Below are positions 51,953 through 63,587 of a stretch of DNA of 64,000 nt, piece after piece; position 1 is the first letter of the stretch; each line of letters begins with the position of its first letter. Under the pieces are notes generated by a model. The model worked only from the letters and a program-made list of their open reading frames with translations. It was not told the origin of the DNA and did not search any database. Origin of the DNA: Spirochaetaceae bacterium (GTDB lineage: Bacteria; Spirochaetota; Spirochaetia; DSM-27196; PWMO01); contig JBKHCS010000003.1 of the NCBI GenBank assembly GCA_046541715.1, positions 10,759-74,758 of the forward strand. Direction: 5' to 3'. The position numbers and the translations under genes were made by a program.

Positions 51953-53659
51953 ATGGGAGATTCTGAAGTTTTTGATATCCTCGCACGACAGCTGACCCAT
52001 CAAGAGCGGCGAGACATGCTCGATCGGCTCAACCTCGAGGGCCTCGACGACATTGCGCCTCCTGAGGAAGACGATCGGCCCCCGGAAACCGTCGACCCTC
52101 AAAAGGAGTTCGAGAGCTTTGGCTTCTTCCGGCGTCTAATGGTCTATCTTCAGGCCATCATCGCGGGACGTCCGAAGGAGGAGGTCGTTATCGATCTTCT
52201 CCTCAAGGAGCTCTCGAAGGAGATTCAGGCCGAGCGTCGTGACATCGTCGATTTTCGCCGGGGCCTCGCGCTGCGCCCCTTTGCCCAGGAGCTCGAAGAC
52301 ATCGGCGATGCGGTCGAGCGCCTGAGCCGTGCTCTTACCGGCATCGAGTCGGTTAATCCCGGGGTGCTGTCGGCGGTCATCCTCGGGATAGCTTCCCCGG
52401 ACATCTACTCCCGGTTGCTCATGGAGACCGACCCCTTCGTCGTGGCGGAAGACGAATCGGAGCTGCCCCCCTTTCAGGTCAAGAAGCGCTGCCTCCGGAA
52501 TCTCGACGACGGGCTCCTCTTACTTCCCACGGAGCTGCAGGAGCGCATTTCTTCAGACGAGATGGCACTCTCGGCACTGAAACGTCTGATTCGTCTCGAT
52601 CTATCCCCGGCTCTCCGGCCCTTCGCAGAAGGCGGAACGACCGACGCGCCCCTCCATACCCTCAAGCAGTCGATTGTCGATATCGCCGAACGTTTCCACC
52701 GACGGCAATTCGTCCCTTCGGATCGGCTCCTCAAGGCTATCTACCTGATTCTGAAGCGGACCGAATCCTCGGAGGAACAGATTCCTCCGGATGACTGGGC
52801 CCGCCACGTTACGATGCTCCTGCGGCGTCTGGTGGACCTCCGGGAAGGGATACCCTTTACCCGCCTTGCCCGGTACCTCCGGAGAGAGCTCCACTACGTC
52901 CCCCAGGGCCCCGAATCCCCGGGAGACTGGACGGCGCATCTGAAGCGATTCTGGACCGGCCGACTGGAAAAGCAGTATCAGGCCTTTGTCGCCGAGGAAA
53001 AGAAGCGCGCGATTCTGCTCGAGGCTTCCGAGTGGATAACCACGAACAAGTTTGCCGGCTATCCCGCAGTCGATCCGGGGGATACGGGAACCCATGCCTT
53101 CTCCGTGGCGATTCTCCAGGCGGTCCTTAGAAAGCTCTTTGCGGGTGAGGAGGCCCGGGCCCTCAAAGCGCTCTTGATCGAGGGAGACTTCTACAAGGAA
53201 CAGAACCGTGCCGATTTTACCGACGCCTACAACGGGATCGCTCGCCGCCTCGAAGAGATTTCGGATCTGGAGGCCCGGGTCGCACCGGAAGGGGGCTTGA
53301 CCCGGCGACTCGACGCGGTTGCCAGACAGGGAAGCTCCTTGGGTACCCGCCGGGCCCAGCGGAGGACTACCGTTCGCGCCTTCGATGCCGATGTGGAGAC
53401 CATTATCCGCAGGGGCTTGGAAGACATTCGGATACTCCACGACGTTCTCGCCGGTATCCTCTACGGCGAAATCGGGGGACACTACGACACCCTCGCGAAC
53501 CTCACCGACATCGCCGGCCGGGGGAACAAGGAGCTCATGGCGAAACTGGCGGATCTCGTTACCTTCCTCAAGAAATCGCAGGAAGTTATCGGGGGGGTTT
53601 TTGACGTCGAGCGGAACGCCCTCCGGCGTCTCGAAAACCTCGAGTCGCGTCTCGCCTAA
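51953..53659 (+). CDS. hypothetical protein (helical, 568 aa)
   Basis: Long ORF with protein-like composition, preceded by AGGAAG. No family recognised. Confidence 0.5.
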   Translation: MGDSEVFDILARQLTHQERRDMLDRLNLEGLDDIAPPEEDDRPPETVDPQKEFESFGFFRRLMVYLQAIIAGRPKEEVVIDLLLKELSKEIQAERRDIVDFRRGLALRPFAQELEDIGDAVERLSRALTGIESVNPGVLSAVILGIASPDIYSRLLMETDPFVVAEDESELPPFQVKKRCLRNLDDGLLLLPTELQERISSDEMALSALKRLIRLDLSPALRPFAEGGTTDAPLHTLKQSIVDIAERFHRRQFVPSDRLLKAIYLILKRTESSEEQIPPDDWARHVTMLLRRLVDLREGIPFTRLARYLRRELHYVPQGPESPGDWTAHLKRFWTGRLEKQYQAFVAEEKKRAILLEASEWITTNKFAGYPAVDPGDTGTHAFSVAILQAVLRKLFAGEEARALKALLIEGDFYKEQNRADFTDAYNGIARRLEEISDLEARVAPEGGLTRRLDAVARQGSSLGTRRAQRRTTVRAFDADVETIIRRGLEDIRILHDVLAGILYGEIGGHYDTLANLTDIAGRGNKELMAKLADLVTFLKKSQEVIGGVFDVERNALRRLENLESRLA

Positions 53660-53677
53660 TGCGCACGACGCGCAAGG

Positions 53678-53706
53678 TTGACCTGCCGGGCACCTTGGTC
53701 TACCAT
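53678..53706 (+). promoter_or_regulatory. sigma70-type promoter (TTGACC-N17-TACCAT), 8 nt before the GTG at 53715
   Basis: Hexamers read directly. No SD. Confidence 0.45.
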
Positions 53707-53714
53707 CTCGCCGC

Positions 53715-54416
53715 GTGAGGGACGATGCCCCAATAGCAGCCGAGGTACTCGATTTTCCCGTCCCCTTCTTTCTTTCGAACCGGAGCGCCGGGGATATGGG
53801 ACCGACGAGTCGGCCGAACCACCCGGAGCGAGAAGCTCTCTTGGTCACTTTGGGTATTCGACCGGAACGGCTCAGGATGGTCCGGCAGATCCATTCGCGG
53901 ATCGTCCGGCGGGCGGGTCCCTCGGTTCCGGTGGGAGACGGGCTGATGACCGACGACCCGCGTGATGTCCTCGGGATTACCGTCGCGGATTGCATGCCGA
54001 TCTGCCTCTACGACCGCCGCCGGGGCGTCTTGGCGCTCCTTCACTCCGGGTGGCGAGGGACCGGAATCGTCCGAAACGCCCTCGCCGCGATGAGCGGTGT
54101 CTACGGCTCGAAGCCGCAGGACGTCGTCGCCGCTCTCGGCCCCTCGATCGGTCCCTGCTGCTACCGGGTCGACGAGGCCCGGGGAGAGCTCTTTTCCCGG
54201 CGCTTCGGGGAGGCGTCGGTGGTCCGCCGGGGCGACGGTCCTTGCCTCGATCTGCCGGCGGCGAATCGGGGTCTTTTGGAACGGGCGGGGGTGCCGGAGA
54301 TACGGAACCTCCACCGGTGCACCGTTTGTGACCCGTCCCTCGGTTCCTTCCGTCGTGAAGGGCCCGAAAGCTTTACCCGAATGCTGGCCCTGGCCACCCT
54401 GGGACCACGGAGATGA
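53715..54416 (+). CDS. pgeF: YfiH/PgeF laccase-domain (purine nucleoside phosphorylase-like) protein
   Basis: QIHS, VADCMPI, LLHSGWRG and CTVCD motifs. Confidence 0.8.
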   Translation: MRDDAPIAAEVLDFPVPFFLSNRSAGDMGPTSRPNHPEREALLVTLGIRPERLRMVRQIHSRIVRRAGPSVPVGDGLMTDDPRDVLGITVADCMPICLYDRRRGVLALLHSGWRGTGIVRNALAAMSGVYGSKPQDVVAALGPSIGPCCYRVDEARGELFSRRFGEASVVRRGDGPCLDLPAANRGLLERAGVPEIRNLHRCTVCDPSLGSFRREGPESFTRMLALATLGPRR

Positions 54417-54420
54417 TCGA

Positions 54421-56166
54421 ATGCGACGAGATAGAGAGTACTGGAAGAATGCCATCGCCGGGGCGATCGCCGAGGTTGCAAAGGCCCGGGGAGCGGAACT
54501 CCCCCAAGACTACCGGGAATTGGTGTCTCTGGAAATTCCGCCCCGGCCGGAACTCGGGGATCTCGCAGTTCCGATGTTTCCCTTTGCAAAGCTGCTCCGG
54601 GACGCACCGCCGAGAATCGCCGCAGCTGTTGTCGATGCGGTCGGCGACGACCCCCGGGGCACCCTCGAGGTCGCCGGGCCCTACGTAAACCTGCGCCTCT
54701 TTCGGCCGGCGTACGCCTCGGTGGTCCTTACCGCCCTCTTCGACGGGCACGCCCTCAAGACGGATTCCCGGGCCGGTCGCCGGATAATGGTCGAGTTTTC
54801 GGCGCCGAATACCAACAAGCCGCTCCATCTGGGTCACTTGCGGAATGACGCCCTCGGTGAGAGCATTTCCCGGATCCTCGACGCCGCCGGGGCCGAGGTG
54901 CGCAAAGTAAACCTTATCAACGACCGGGGCATCCACATCTGCAAGTCGATGCTCGCCTACGAGAGATTCTCCGGCGGTGCGACCCCCGAGTCCACGGGTA
55001 CCAAGCCGGACCACTTCGTCGGGGACTACTACGTCAAGTTCAACCAGTGGGCCAAGGAGAACCCCGAGGCCGAAGAGCAGGCCCGGGAGCTCTTACAGCG
55101 GTGGGAAGAGGGCGACAAAGAGGTTGTCGCTCTCTGGAGAACCATGAACGGCTGGACCATGGAGGGGATTCTCGCGACCTACGAACGCACCGGGATCTCC
55201 TTCGACAAGATCTACTACGAGAGCGATCTCTACCAGGCGGGACGAACCGAGGTGTTACGGGGTCTCGACGAGGGGGTCTTCTACAAGGATGACAAAGGGA
55301 CCATCTGGGTGGATCTGGAGGATATCGGCCTCGACAAGAAGGTTCTCCTCCGGGGGGACGGAACCTCCCTCTATCTGACGCAGGACATCGGTACCGCGAT
55401 GACCCGCTACCGGGAGTGGCCCTTCGACCAGTTGGTCTACGTTGTCGGCTCGGAACAGCGCTACCATTTTACCGTCCTCTTCAGCGTTCTAAGTCGCCTC
55501 GGGATGGAATGGGCCGACTCGCTCTATCACCTCGCCTACGGCATGGTCAATCTCCCGGAAGGTAAGATGAAGTCCCGGGAAGGGACGGTCGTCGATGCCG
55601 ACGACCTGCTGGACCGTTTACGGGACCTTGCTTTGGAGGAGATCCGCGAGAAGGAGAGGGAATCGCTCATCGAGAATCCCGAGACGACCGCCGAGGCCAT
55701 CGCCCTCGGGGCCCTGCATTACTACGTCCTCCAGACCAGCCCCGGGAAGGACATGATCTTCGACCCGAAGGAATCCCTCTCCTTTACCGGGAACACCGGT
55801 CCCTACCTGCAGTACACCGGGGCTCGGATTTCGAGCATGATGCGCAAGTACGGCGAAGAGGTTCCCGCAGTGGACGATATCGACCCCGAGGTTCTGAGGG
55901 AGGACGACGAGTGGGAGCTCGTCAAATTGATTGGTGACTTTCCGGATATGCTCGATCAGGCCGCGGAAGGGTTGAACCCATCGGTGCTGGTGGGCTACCT
56001 CTACGAGGTCGGGAGGGTCTTCTCGAAATACTACCACGACCATCCGATTGTCACCCAGGAGGACCGCACCTTGAGGGCCGCCCGGGTCGTCCTCGCCGAA
56101 GCCGTTCGTCGAACCCTCCGCCGGGGTCTCGAGCTCTCGGTGATCCCCTTCCTGGAGATTATGTAG
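54421..56166 (+). CDS. argS: arginyl-tRNA synthetase
   Basis: SAPNTNKPLHLGHLRN (HIGH) and a C-terminal anticodon-binding domain. ATG at 54421 follows GGAGA; the ORF-track start at 54097 overlaps pgeF. Confidence 0.9.
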   Translation: MRRDREYWKNAIAGAIAEVAKARGAELPQDYRELVSLEIPPRPELGDLAVPMFPFAKLLRDAPPRIAAAVVDAVGDDPRGTLEVAGPYVNLRLFRPAYASVVLTALFDGHALKTDSRAGRRIMVEFSAPNTNKPLHLGHLRNDALGESISRILDAAGAEVRKVNLINDRGIHICKSMLAYERFSGGATPESTGTKPDHFVGDYYVKFNQWAKENPEAEEQARELLQRWEEGDKEVVALWRTMNGWTMEGILATYERTGISFDKIYYESDLYQAGRTEVLRGLDEGVFYKDDKGTIWVDLEDIGLDKKVLLRGDGTSLYLTQDIGTAMTRYREWPFDQLVYVVGSEQRYHFTVLFSVLSRLGMEWADSLYHLAYGMVNLPEGKMKSREGTVVDADDLLDRLRDLALEEIREKERESLIENPETTAEAIALGALHYYVLQTSPGKDMIFDPKESLSFTGNTGPYLQYTGARISSMMRKYGEEVPAVDDIDPEVLREDDEWELVKLIGDFPDMLDQAAEGLNPSVLVGYLYEVGRVFSKYYHDHPIVTQEDRTLRAARVVLAEAVRRTLRRGLELSVIPFLEIM

Positions 56167-56182
56167 CGCAGCCGGCGGATGC

Positions 56183-56242
56183 CCTACCGAAATGTAGGAT
56201 TTTGCGTCTTCGGGTCCACATTATTGTAGGACTTTTCCTACC
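56183..56242. promoter_or_regulatory. two dyads built from GTAGG/CCTAC half-sites (candidate enhancer-binding-protein sites)
   Basis: CCTACcgaaatGTAGG at 56183-56198 and GTAGGActttTCCTAC at 56227-56242, 62-121 bp upstream of the sigma54 promoter. Confidence 0.4.
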
Positions 56243-56303
56243 GAATCGTCGTTTTACGCTTCTATTGTCTCCAAAAAAGCTGTAATTACCCGCTATTTCG
56301 CTC

Positions 56304-56319
56304 TGGCACGTAATTTGCA
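56304..56319 (+). promoter_or_regulatory. sigma54 -24/-12 promoter TGGCACgtaatTTGCA for gltBD
   Basis: Exact core match. Intergenic, 35 nt before the gltB ATG at 56354. Confidence 0.75.
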
Positions 56320-56353
56320 TCCTACTCTTACTGAGGTTTCAGGAGAGCAGACA

Positions 56354-59300
56354 ATGAGCTATCGACAACGCCCGGGCCGGCAGGGCCTTTACCACCCCGA
56401 TTACGAGCACGACGCCTGCGGCGTCGGCTTTGTCGCGGATATAAAAGGGCGCCGAAGCCACGACATCGTGGAGAAGGCGAAGACCGTTCTTATCAACATG
56501 ACCCACCGTGGAGCCGTCGGGAGCGACAAGAACTCCGGCGACGGAGCGGGAATCTTAACCGCCTTGCCCCACAGGTTTCTCGAAAAGGTGATGGCGACGG
56601 AGCTCGACGTCTCTCTTCCGGAGCGGGGGCGCTACTCCGCGGGTCTGGTCTTTCTCCCGACGGACCCGGGCCTCGAGAAGCTCTGCATGGAGCGGACCGC
56701 GGAGATCGTTACCCGGGAGGGGCAGAAGCTTCTCGGGTGGCGGGACGTTCCCCGGGACAACAGCATGATCGGGCCCACGGCGCTTGCCGCGGAGCCGACG
56801 ATGAAGCAGCTTTTCGTCGCCGCCGGAGACGGTCTGGCCGACGACGCCTTCGAACGGAAGCTCTACGTTATCCGGAAGCAGATGCAGACCCTAATTCGCG
56901 GAAGCGAGATTGACCCGGAATCGTTCTTCTACGTCTGCAGCCTTTCGACAAAGGTTATCGTGTACAAGGGCATGTTGATGCCCGAGCAGCTCTTCGACTA
57001 CTTCCGCGATCTCGGCGACCCGGCTTACCAGACCCACCTCGCGATGATCCACTCGCGCTTCTCTACGAACACCTTTCCGAGCTGGGACCGGGCGCAGCCC
57101 ATGCGCTTTATGAGCCACAACGGCGAGATCAACACCCTCCGGGGGAACGTGAATAAGATGCGCGCCCGGGAAGGCACCCTATCGACCGAGCTTTTCGGCG
57201 ACGATTTGCAGAAGGCCTTCCCGATTATCGAGGAGGATAGCTCCGACTCCGGAAACTTCGATAACACCCTGGAGCTTCTCTTGCTCTCCGGGCGGGAGCT
57301 GCCGGAAGCGGTCATGATGATGGTTCCCGAAGCCTGGCATCATCACGAGCACATGCCCCGGCACGGGAAGGACGTCTACGAGTACATGAGCTGCGTCATG
57401 GAGCCCTGGGACGGTCCGGCCTCGATCTCCTTTACCGACGGCAGAGTGATAGGCGCGCTTCTCGACCGGAACGGGCTGCGACCGAGCCGGTACTACGTAA
57501 CCAAGGACGACCTGGTCGTGATGGCGAGTGAGGTCGGCGTCCTCGACATACCGCCGGGGGAAATCAAGCTCAAGGGACGCCTTCAGCCGGGGCGCATGTT
57601 CCTCGTAGACTTCGAAAAGGGCAGGATCGTCGACGACGAGGAGCTCAAGGACGGCATCGCCCTGGCACGTCCCTACGGCAAGTGGCTCGAGGAGCAGCGG
57701 ATCCGCTTAGATGAGCTCCCGGAGGTAAGCCACAACGGACAACGGGAGACAGCCGACCTGCTGCCGCTTCTTCGGACATTCGGCTACACCCTCGAGCACC
57801 TGAACATCATCCTGAAGCCGATGGCGGAAGCAGGAAAGGAGCCCCTCGGCTCGATGGGAAACGACTCGCCCCTCGCGGTTCTCTCCGAACGGCCCCGGCT
57901 TCTCTACGACTACTTCAAGCAACTTTTCGCCCAGGTTACCAACCCTCCCATCGATTCGATTCGGGAGGATATTATCATGAGCCTCGGCTCCTACATCGGC
58001 CCGGAGCAGAACCTCCTCGACACCTCGCCGGCCCACTGCCACCGCCTCTGGATCGACCACCCGGTCTTGAGAGACTCGGAGCTCGCGAAGCTGAAGAAGA
58101 TTACCTACCGAGGTTGGAAGTCCAAGACCGTCGACATCACCTTCCCGGTCGACGACGGAGAGGCCGGTCTCCGTCCCGCCCTCGAGCGCATCTCCCGGGA
58201 GGCCGAGGAGGCGATCGCAGAAGGTTATAGCCTCGTCATTCTCTCGGACCGACGGGCAGGGGAAGAACGAGTGCCGGTGCCGGCCCTCATGGCAACAGGG
58301 ACGGTCCACCACCATCTGGTGCGTCGGGCCAAGCGGACCCAGATTGGTCTGGTCGTCGAAAGCGGCGAGCCGAGGGAAGTTCATCATTTCTGCACCCTGG
58401 TTGGGTACGGCGCCGACGCCATCAATCCCTACGGGGCCCTCGACGCGATGCGGATGCTCCGCCGGGACGGCATCATCAATCCCGAGCTGACGACGGCGCA
58501 GATCGAGGAGCACTACTTTCGCGCTTTGGCGTATGGGATGAGGAAGGTCTTCGGGAAGATGGGTATCTCCACCATAGACAGCTACAAGGGCGCACAAATT
58601 TTCGAGATCGTCGGGCTCCACCAGGAGGTCGTGGACCTCTGTTTCGCCGGGACCCCGAGCCGTATCTCCGGGGCCGGCTTCGACACCATCGCCAAAGAAG
58701 CGATTCTGCGGCACGACATGGGGTTTCCGAAGGGGAACGAGCCGATCGGCGCCGAGTACTACAATCCCGGAGACTACCAGTGGCGCTTCGGCGGCGAAAA
58801 GCACATGTGGGACCCCGAGTCCGTCGCCGACCTCCAGGTCGCAGCGAGAAACGAGGACCGGGCCGCCTTTAAGCGGTTTACCGCGCGGCAGAACGAGCGA
58901 TCGAAACAACAGGCGACCATACGGGGCCTTTTAAAGTTCAAGCCGGGGAACCCGATTCCGCTTTCCGAAGTGGAGCCCGCGGCAAACATCGTCCGGCGTT
59001 TCGTAACCGGCGCCATGAGCTTCGGGTCCATCTCCCAAGAGGCCCACGAGACCCTCGCCGTCGCGATGAACCGCCTCGGGGGAAAGTCGAATACCGGGGA
59101 GGGCGGGGAGATGCCCGAGCGCTACCGGAAGCTTCCGAACGGCGACTCCAAGCGCTCGGCGATCAAGCAGGTAGCCTCCGGGCGCTTCGGGGTTACCATC
59201 GAGTACCTCTCGGAGAGCGACGAGCTCCAGATCAAGATGGCCCAAGGCGCGAAACCCGGGGAGGGTGGTGAGCTTCCGGGACACAAGGTTTTCGACATTA

Positions 59301-60895
59301 TCGCCAAGACCCGTTACTCGACCCCGGGGGTGGGCCTTATCAGTCCGCCGCCCCACCACGATATCTACTCTATCGAGGATCTCGCCCAGCTTATCTTCGA
59401 CCTAAAGAACGCGAATCCCAAGGCGCGGATTAGCGTAAAGCTGGTCTCCGAGGTCGGTGTCGGGACGGTAGCCGCCGGAGTTGCCAAGGCCCACGCGGAC
59501 CATATTCTGGTCTCCGGCCAGGACGGAGGCACCGGGGCGTCTCCCCTTACGGGAATCAAGCACGCCGGTCTTCCCTGGGAGCTCGGTCTTTCCGAGACGC
59601 ACCAAACCCTGGTTATGAACGACCTGCGAACCCGGGTGGTGGTGCAGACCGACGGGCAGATAAAGACCGGCCGGGACGTGGTTATCGCCGCAATGCTCGG
59701 CGCCGAGGAGATGGGGTTTTCCACCTCGGCCCTTGTCAGCGTCGGGTGCATTATGATGCGCGTCTGCCACAAGAATACCTGTCCCGTCGGGGTCGCGACC
59801 CAGGACGAAAGCCTTCGAAAGAAGTTTGTCGGTAAGCCGGAGCACGTCGTCACCTTTATGACCTTTCTCGCGGAGGAAGTCCGGGAGTTAATGGCCGAGC
59901 TCGGCTTTAGGACTTTCGACGAAATGGTCGGACGGGTCGACATGCTCGAAGAAGACCCGGACGTCCGGCATTGGAAGAGCGCGGGTATCGACCTCTCGGC
60001 GTTGTTGACTCCGGCGGTTCCCCAGCCCGGGGCCACCGACCGCGTTATTTGCTGCGTCCCCCAGGACCACGGCATCGACACCGTCTTGGATCGACAGCTC
60101 ATCAAGCTCGCCGAGAAGGTGCTCCTCCATCGGGAGCCGCTGCGCCTCGACTTGCCGATCCGGAACACCGACCGGGCCACCGGAACGATGCTCAGCCATC
60201 ATCTGACCACCCGGTGGGGACCGAGGGGGCTTCCCCCGGACACCCTCTGGATAAAATTGACCGGCTCCGCCGGCCAAAGCTTCGGCGCCTGGATGACCAA
60301 CGGTGTCACTCTGGAGCTCGAAGGGGACGCGAACGACTACTGCGGCAAGGGGCTTTCGGGGGGCAAGCTGATCGTCTACCCGCCGAAGGACGCGGGCTTT
60401 GTCCCGGAGGAGAACATCATCATCGGGAACGTGGCCCTCTACGGGGCGACGATGGGCCGGGCCTACTTTCGCGGCCAGGCGGCGGAGCGTTTCTGCGTGC
60501 GGAACTCCGGCGCCTACGTGGTGGTCGAAGGGGTCGGGGACCACGGGTGCGAATACATGACCGGCGGCCGGGCCGTTATTATCGGTCCCACGGGACGGAA
60601 CTTTGCTGCGGGCATGTCCGGGGGCATCGCCTACATATGGGACCCCGAAGATCGCCTCGCGTCCCGGGTCAACAAGGGGATGGTGGAGATCTCTCCGCTC
60701 GAGGAGGAGGAATGCCAAGAGGTGCTCCAACTCTTGCGGGAGCACCAGTTCCACACCGATTCTACCGTGGCGGCGCACATACTTGAGACCTGGGAGGACC
60801 GGAAGTCGGAATTTCGCAAGGTCATTTCCCCGGCGTACCGCCGGATTCTCGAACTGCAGCAGCTGAACAAGCAACAGGAGGTGGCGCATGGGTAA
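56354..60895 (+). CDS. gltB: glutamate synthase large subunit
   Basis: N-terminal CGVGF amidotransferase Cys with FMN and GXGXG domains. ATG at 56354 is preceded by AGGAGAG. Confidence 0.95.
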   Translation: MSYRQRPGRQGLYHPDYEHDACGVGFVADIKGRRSHDIVEKAKTVLINMTHRGAVGSDKNSGDGAGILTALPHRFLEKVMATELDVSLPERGRYSAGLVFLPTDPGLEKLCMERTAEIVTREGQKLLGWRDVPRDNSMIGPTALAAEPTMKQLFVAAGDGLADDAFERKLYVIRKQMQTLIRGSEIDPESFFYVCSLSTKVIVYKGMLMPEQLFDYFRDLGDPAYQTHLAMIHSRFSTNTFPSWDRAQPMRFMSHNGEINTLRGNVNKMRAREGTLSTELFGDDLQKAFPIIEEDSSDSGNFDNTLELLLLSGRELPEAVMMMVPEAWHHHEHMPRHGKDVYEYMSCVMEPWDGPASISFTDGRVIGALLDRNGLRPSRYYVTKDDLVVMASEVGVLDIPPGEIKLKGRLQPGRMFLVDFEKGRIVDDEELKDGIALARPYGKWLEEQRIRLDELPEVSHNGQRETADLLPLLRTFGYTLEHLNIILKPMAEAGKEPLGSMGNDSPLAVLSERPRLLYDYFKQLFAQVTNPPIDSIREDIIMSLGSYIGPEQNLLDTSPAHCHRLWIDHPVLRDSELAKLKKITYRGWKSKTVDITFPVDDGEAGLRPALERISREAEEAIAEGYSLVILSDRRAGEERVPVPALMATGTVHHHLVRRAKRTQIGLVVESGEPREVHHFCTLVGYGADAINPYGALDAMRMLRRDGIINPELTTAQIEEHYFRALAYGMRKVFGKMGISTIDSYKGAQIFEIVGLHQEVVDLCFAGTPSRISGAGFDTIAKEAILRHDMGFPKGNEPIGAEYYNPGDYQWRFGGEKHMWDPESVADLQVAARNEDRAAFKRFTARQNERSKQQATIRGLLKFKPGNPIPLSEVEPAANIVRRFVTGAMSFGSISQEAHETLAVAMNRLGGKSNTGEGGEMPERYRKLPNGDSKRSAIKQVASGRFGVTIEYLSESDELQIKMAQGAKPGEGGELPGHKVFDIIAKTRYSTPGVGLISPPPHHDIYSIEDLAQLIFDLKNANPKARISVKLVSEVGVGTVAAGVAKAHADHILVSGQDGGTGASPLTGIKHAGLPWELGLSETHQTLVMNDLRTRVVVQTDGQIKTGRDVVIAAMLGAEEMGFSTSALVSVGCIMMRVCHKNTCPVGVATQDESLRKKFVGKPEHVVTFMTFLAEEVRELMAELGFRTFDEMVGRVDMLEEDPDVRHWKSAGIDLSALLTPAVPQPGATDRVICCVPQDHGIDTVLDRQLIKLAEKVLLHREPLRLDLPIRNTDRATGTMLSHHLTTRWGPRGLPPDTLWIKLTGSAGQSFGAWMTNGVTLELEGDANDYCGKGLSGGKLIVYPPKDAGFVPEENIIIGNVALYGATMGRAYFRGQAAERFCVRNSGAYVVVEGVGDHGCEYMTGGRAVIIGPTGRNFAAGMSGGIAYIWDPEDRLASRVNKGMVEISPLEEEECQEVLQLLREHQFHTDSTVAAHILETWEDRKSEFRKVISPAYRRILELQQLNKQQEVAHG

Positions 60896-62345
60896 GCCCA
60901 CCGGTTTTATGGAATATCAGCGCCAGGGGGTGGCCGACCGAAACCCCCTCGAGCGCATTCAGGACTTCAACGAGTTTCACAAAGAGATCGATGAACCTGC
61001 GCGACAGGAGCAGGGTGCCCGGTGCATGGACTGCGGCATTCCCTTCTGTCAGTCGAACTACGGTTGCCCGGTTGACAATCTTATTCCCGAGTGGAACGAC
61101 CTGGTCTACCGAGGCCGCTGGGAAGACGCATGGAAGCGTCTGATGAAGACCAACAACTTTCCGGAGTACACCGGGAGGGTCTGTCCGGCGCCCTGCGAGA
61201 GTGCCTGTGTCCTCGGCATCAACGAGCCGGCGGTAACCATAAAAGACAACGAGTGTGCCATTATCGACAAGGCCTACGACGCCGGGCTGATGGTCCCCCG
61301 GATTCCCGAGGTCCGTACCGGAAAACGGGTGGCTATCGTCGGCTCGGGTCCCGCGGGCCTGGCGGCGGCGGACCAGCTGAACCAGGCGGGCCACCTCGTA
61401 ACCGTCTTCGAACGGGACGATCGGATCGGCGGGCTCTTGATGTACGGCATCCCGAACATGAAGCTAGACAAGAGCCTCGTCGAGAAACGAAACGCTCTGA
61501 TGCGGGAAGAGGGCATAGAGTTCCGTCCCGGGGTCAACGTCGGTACCGACATCGATCCGGTGCGGCTCGTCGAGGAATACGACGCCGTGCTCCTCGCCTG
61601 CGGCGCGACAAACCCTCGTGACCTTCCGGCACCGGGGCGGGAAAAATCGGGTATCCACTTTGCGATGGAGTTCTTGCGGGCCAACACCAAGAGTCTTCTC
61701 GATTCGAGCTTTGCCGACGGCAACTACATCTCTGCGAAGGACAAACACGTGGTCGTTATCGGCGGCGGGGACACCGGGAACGACTGCATCGGCACCTCGG
61801 TGCGTCATGGCGCGGCGAGCATCACCAACTTCGAGCTCCTCCCGGAGCCGGCACCCCACCGGACCGAGGAGTATCCCTGGCCGACCTACCCCCGGCTCAA
61901 GAAGATGGATTACGGTCACGAAGAAGTGAACGCCCGGGACGGGGCGGACCCCCGGGTCTACAGTATCCTTACCAAGGAGTTTCTCGGGAACGGGAAGGTC
62001 GAAGGCATCCGCACGGTCCGGGTGGCCTGGAAGAAGGAACCCGGCGAGCGTCCCACCTTCGAAGAGATCCCCGGCAGCGAGGAGGAGTGGAAGGCGGACC
62101 TCGTGCTCCTGGCGATGGGGTTCTTAGGCCCTGAGGCACCTATCGGAGAGGCCCTCGGTGTCGAGACCGACCCCCGGTCCAACTTCAGGGCGGAATACGA
62201 GCGCTTTTCTACGAGCGTGCCGAAGGTCTTCGCCGCCGGAGACGCCCGGCGGGGCCAGTCCCTGGTTGTCTGGGCCATCAAGGAGGGGCGCGGCGCCGCC
62301 CGGGAGATCGACCGCTACCTGATGGGGCGGACCTTGTTGCCCTAG
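60888..62345 (+). CDS. gltD: glutamate synthase small subunit (NADPH)
   Basis: Fe-S Cys clusters and dinucleotide folds [14 protein letters not shown] and [12 protein letters not shown]. Confidence 0.9.
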   Translation: MGKPTGFMEYQRQGVADRNPLERIQDFNEFHKEIDEPARQEQGARCMDCGIPFCQSNYGCPVDNLIPEWNDLVYRGRWEDAWKRLMKTNNFPEYTGRVCPAPCESACVLGINEPAVTIKDNECAIIDKAYDAGLMVPRIPEVRTGKRVAIVGSGPAGLAAADQLNQAGHLVTVFERDDRIGGLLMYGIPNMKLDKSLVEKRNALMREEGIEFRPGVNVGTDIDPVRLVEEYDAVLLACGATNPRDLPAPGREKSGIHFAMEFLRANTKSLLDSSFADGNYISAKDKHVVVIGGGDTGNDCIGTSVRHGAASITNFELLPEPAPHRTEEYPWPTYPRLKKMDYGHEEVNARDGADPRVYSILTKEFLGNGKVEGIRTVRVAWKKEPGERPTFEEIPGSEEEWKADLVLLAMGFLGPEAPIGEALGVETDPRSNFRAEYERFSTSVPKVFAAGDARRGQSLVVWAIKEGRGAAREIDRYLMGRTLLP

Positions 62346-63091
62346 GAGAGCTCGGTACTAAAGGTAACCCGGTCCCCGCGAATCACGCTCCGACGAAACT
62401 CGATAACCTCTCCTTCGGTGCTCCTGGTTATCCGTTCGGTCTGGAAGACCGGGGAGTGGAGGGGTATCCGGAGGATTTCGGATTCGTAAGCGTCGGAGAT
62501 TCTCGGGTAGAGAAACTCTTTGGCCCGCTCTATCGAGCAGTTACACTTGCTTTCGAGAAGATCGTAGAGCGATTGGCCTTCGAGGTCGCTTTCGCTTATC
62601 GAAGGCACGATGCCTTCCGGAACGTAGGAGAACTCTAGAATAAGAGGCTGCTGTTTGTAGTAGCGTAACCGGATTATTTCGTGGGTGCGGCCCTTTCCCG
62701 TCAGCCCGAGCTTCTTCTGCACCTGGGTAGGCGCGAGAATTTGACGTATGGCGATAATGCGCGAAGTGGCCGCCCTCCCGGTAGATCCGATCTCCCGGCC
62801 GAAACTGTAGAACTGGAGCAGGCTCTGTTCGATTCGGGAATTGGCGACGACTGAACCCTTTCCTCGTTCGGTCTTGATGACGCCTTCCCGGCGAAGCTCG
62901 TCCAGAGCTTTGCGAACCGTCGCTCGGGTTACGTCGAACTCCGTCGCCAAGGACTGTTCCGAGGGAAGCGCCATGCCCGGTGTGTAGCGATCGTTTCGCA
63001 TCGCCTCGAGGAGTGCTTCCTTTACCTGGACGTAATAGGGTATGTAACTCTCTTTGTCGATTCGCCTCATCTGCGGGGTCGGTAGAATCAT
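62342..63091 (-). CDS. GntR/HutC-family transcriptional regulator (UTRA effector domain)
   Basis: [25 protein letters not shown] winged HTH. Start may instead be the internal ATG at 63070. Confidence 0.8.
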   Translation of the reverse strand: MILPTPQMRRIDKESYIPYYVQVKEALLEAMRNDRYTPGMALPSEQSLATEFDVTRATVRKALDELRREGVIKTERGKGSVVANSRIEQSLLQFYSFGREIGSTGRAATSRIIAIRQILAPTQVQKKLGLTGKGRTHEIIRLRYYKQQPLILEFSYVPEGIVPSISESDLEGQSLYDLLESKCNCSIERAKEFLYPRISDAYESEILRIPLHSPVFQTERITRSTEGEVIEFRRSVIRGDRVTFSTELS

Positions 63092-63155
63092 TGACGCCGG
63101 TACCCGTTCTCGTCAAGGCCCGGCGGGTGCCGGGCAATCGTCGTGATATGGAAAG

Positions 63156-63182
63156 GCCGACGCCGGGATTCCCGGCGTCGGC
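63156..63182 (-). terminator. 12-bp GC-rich hairpin downstream of the lipoprotein gene
   Basis: GCCGACGCCGGG-att-CCCGGCGTCGGC. Only a short U tract (CUUUCC) follows on the minus strand. Confidence 0.4.
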
Positions 63183-63206
63183 GGCTTCTGAGTGAGAAGA
63201 AACGGA

Positions 63207-63578
63207 TCAGTTCGACGGGGCGGGAGTCGCCGGCTGCTGTTGCCCGCCGCCACTCGGTGCGGGGGGCTGCTCCTCTACCTCCGGCGGAGCGATTGCTTCC
63301 TCGATCTCTGCGAGTCTCGAGGCAACCGCCTGGACCTCTTCGATGGCGAAGCTCACCGACTCTTCGACGTTTGAGGGTACCTCCTCACCGTTGGAACCGA
63401 CCTCGTCGAGCCTCGCTTCGACCTCCGAGAGTCTTTCCTGCAAGTCCGCTATCTCCGCCTCGTACTCCTCGGCCTCGTCGTAGCTAATCGGGCCACCGCA
63501 GGATGATAGGACTATCACCATCACTACGGCCAGTACACCGAGGCCAACCAGTTTCTTCTTGCCTGCTTTCCCTTCCAT
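63207..63578 (-). CDS. acidic coiled-coil lipoprotein
   Basis: Lipobox VLSSCGG and a Glu-rich helical body. Confidence 0.5.
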   Translation of the reverse strand: MEGKAGKKKLVGLGVLAVVMVIVLSSCGGPISYDEAEEYEAEIADLQERLSEVEARLDEVGSNGEEVPSNVEESVSFAIEEVQAVASRLAEIEEAIAPPEVEEQPPAPSGGGQQQPATPAPSN

Positions 63579-63587
63579 ACTCTCCTC

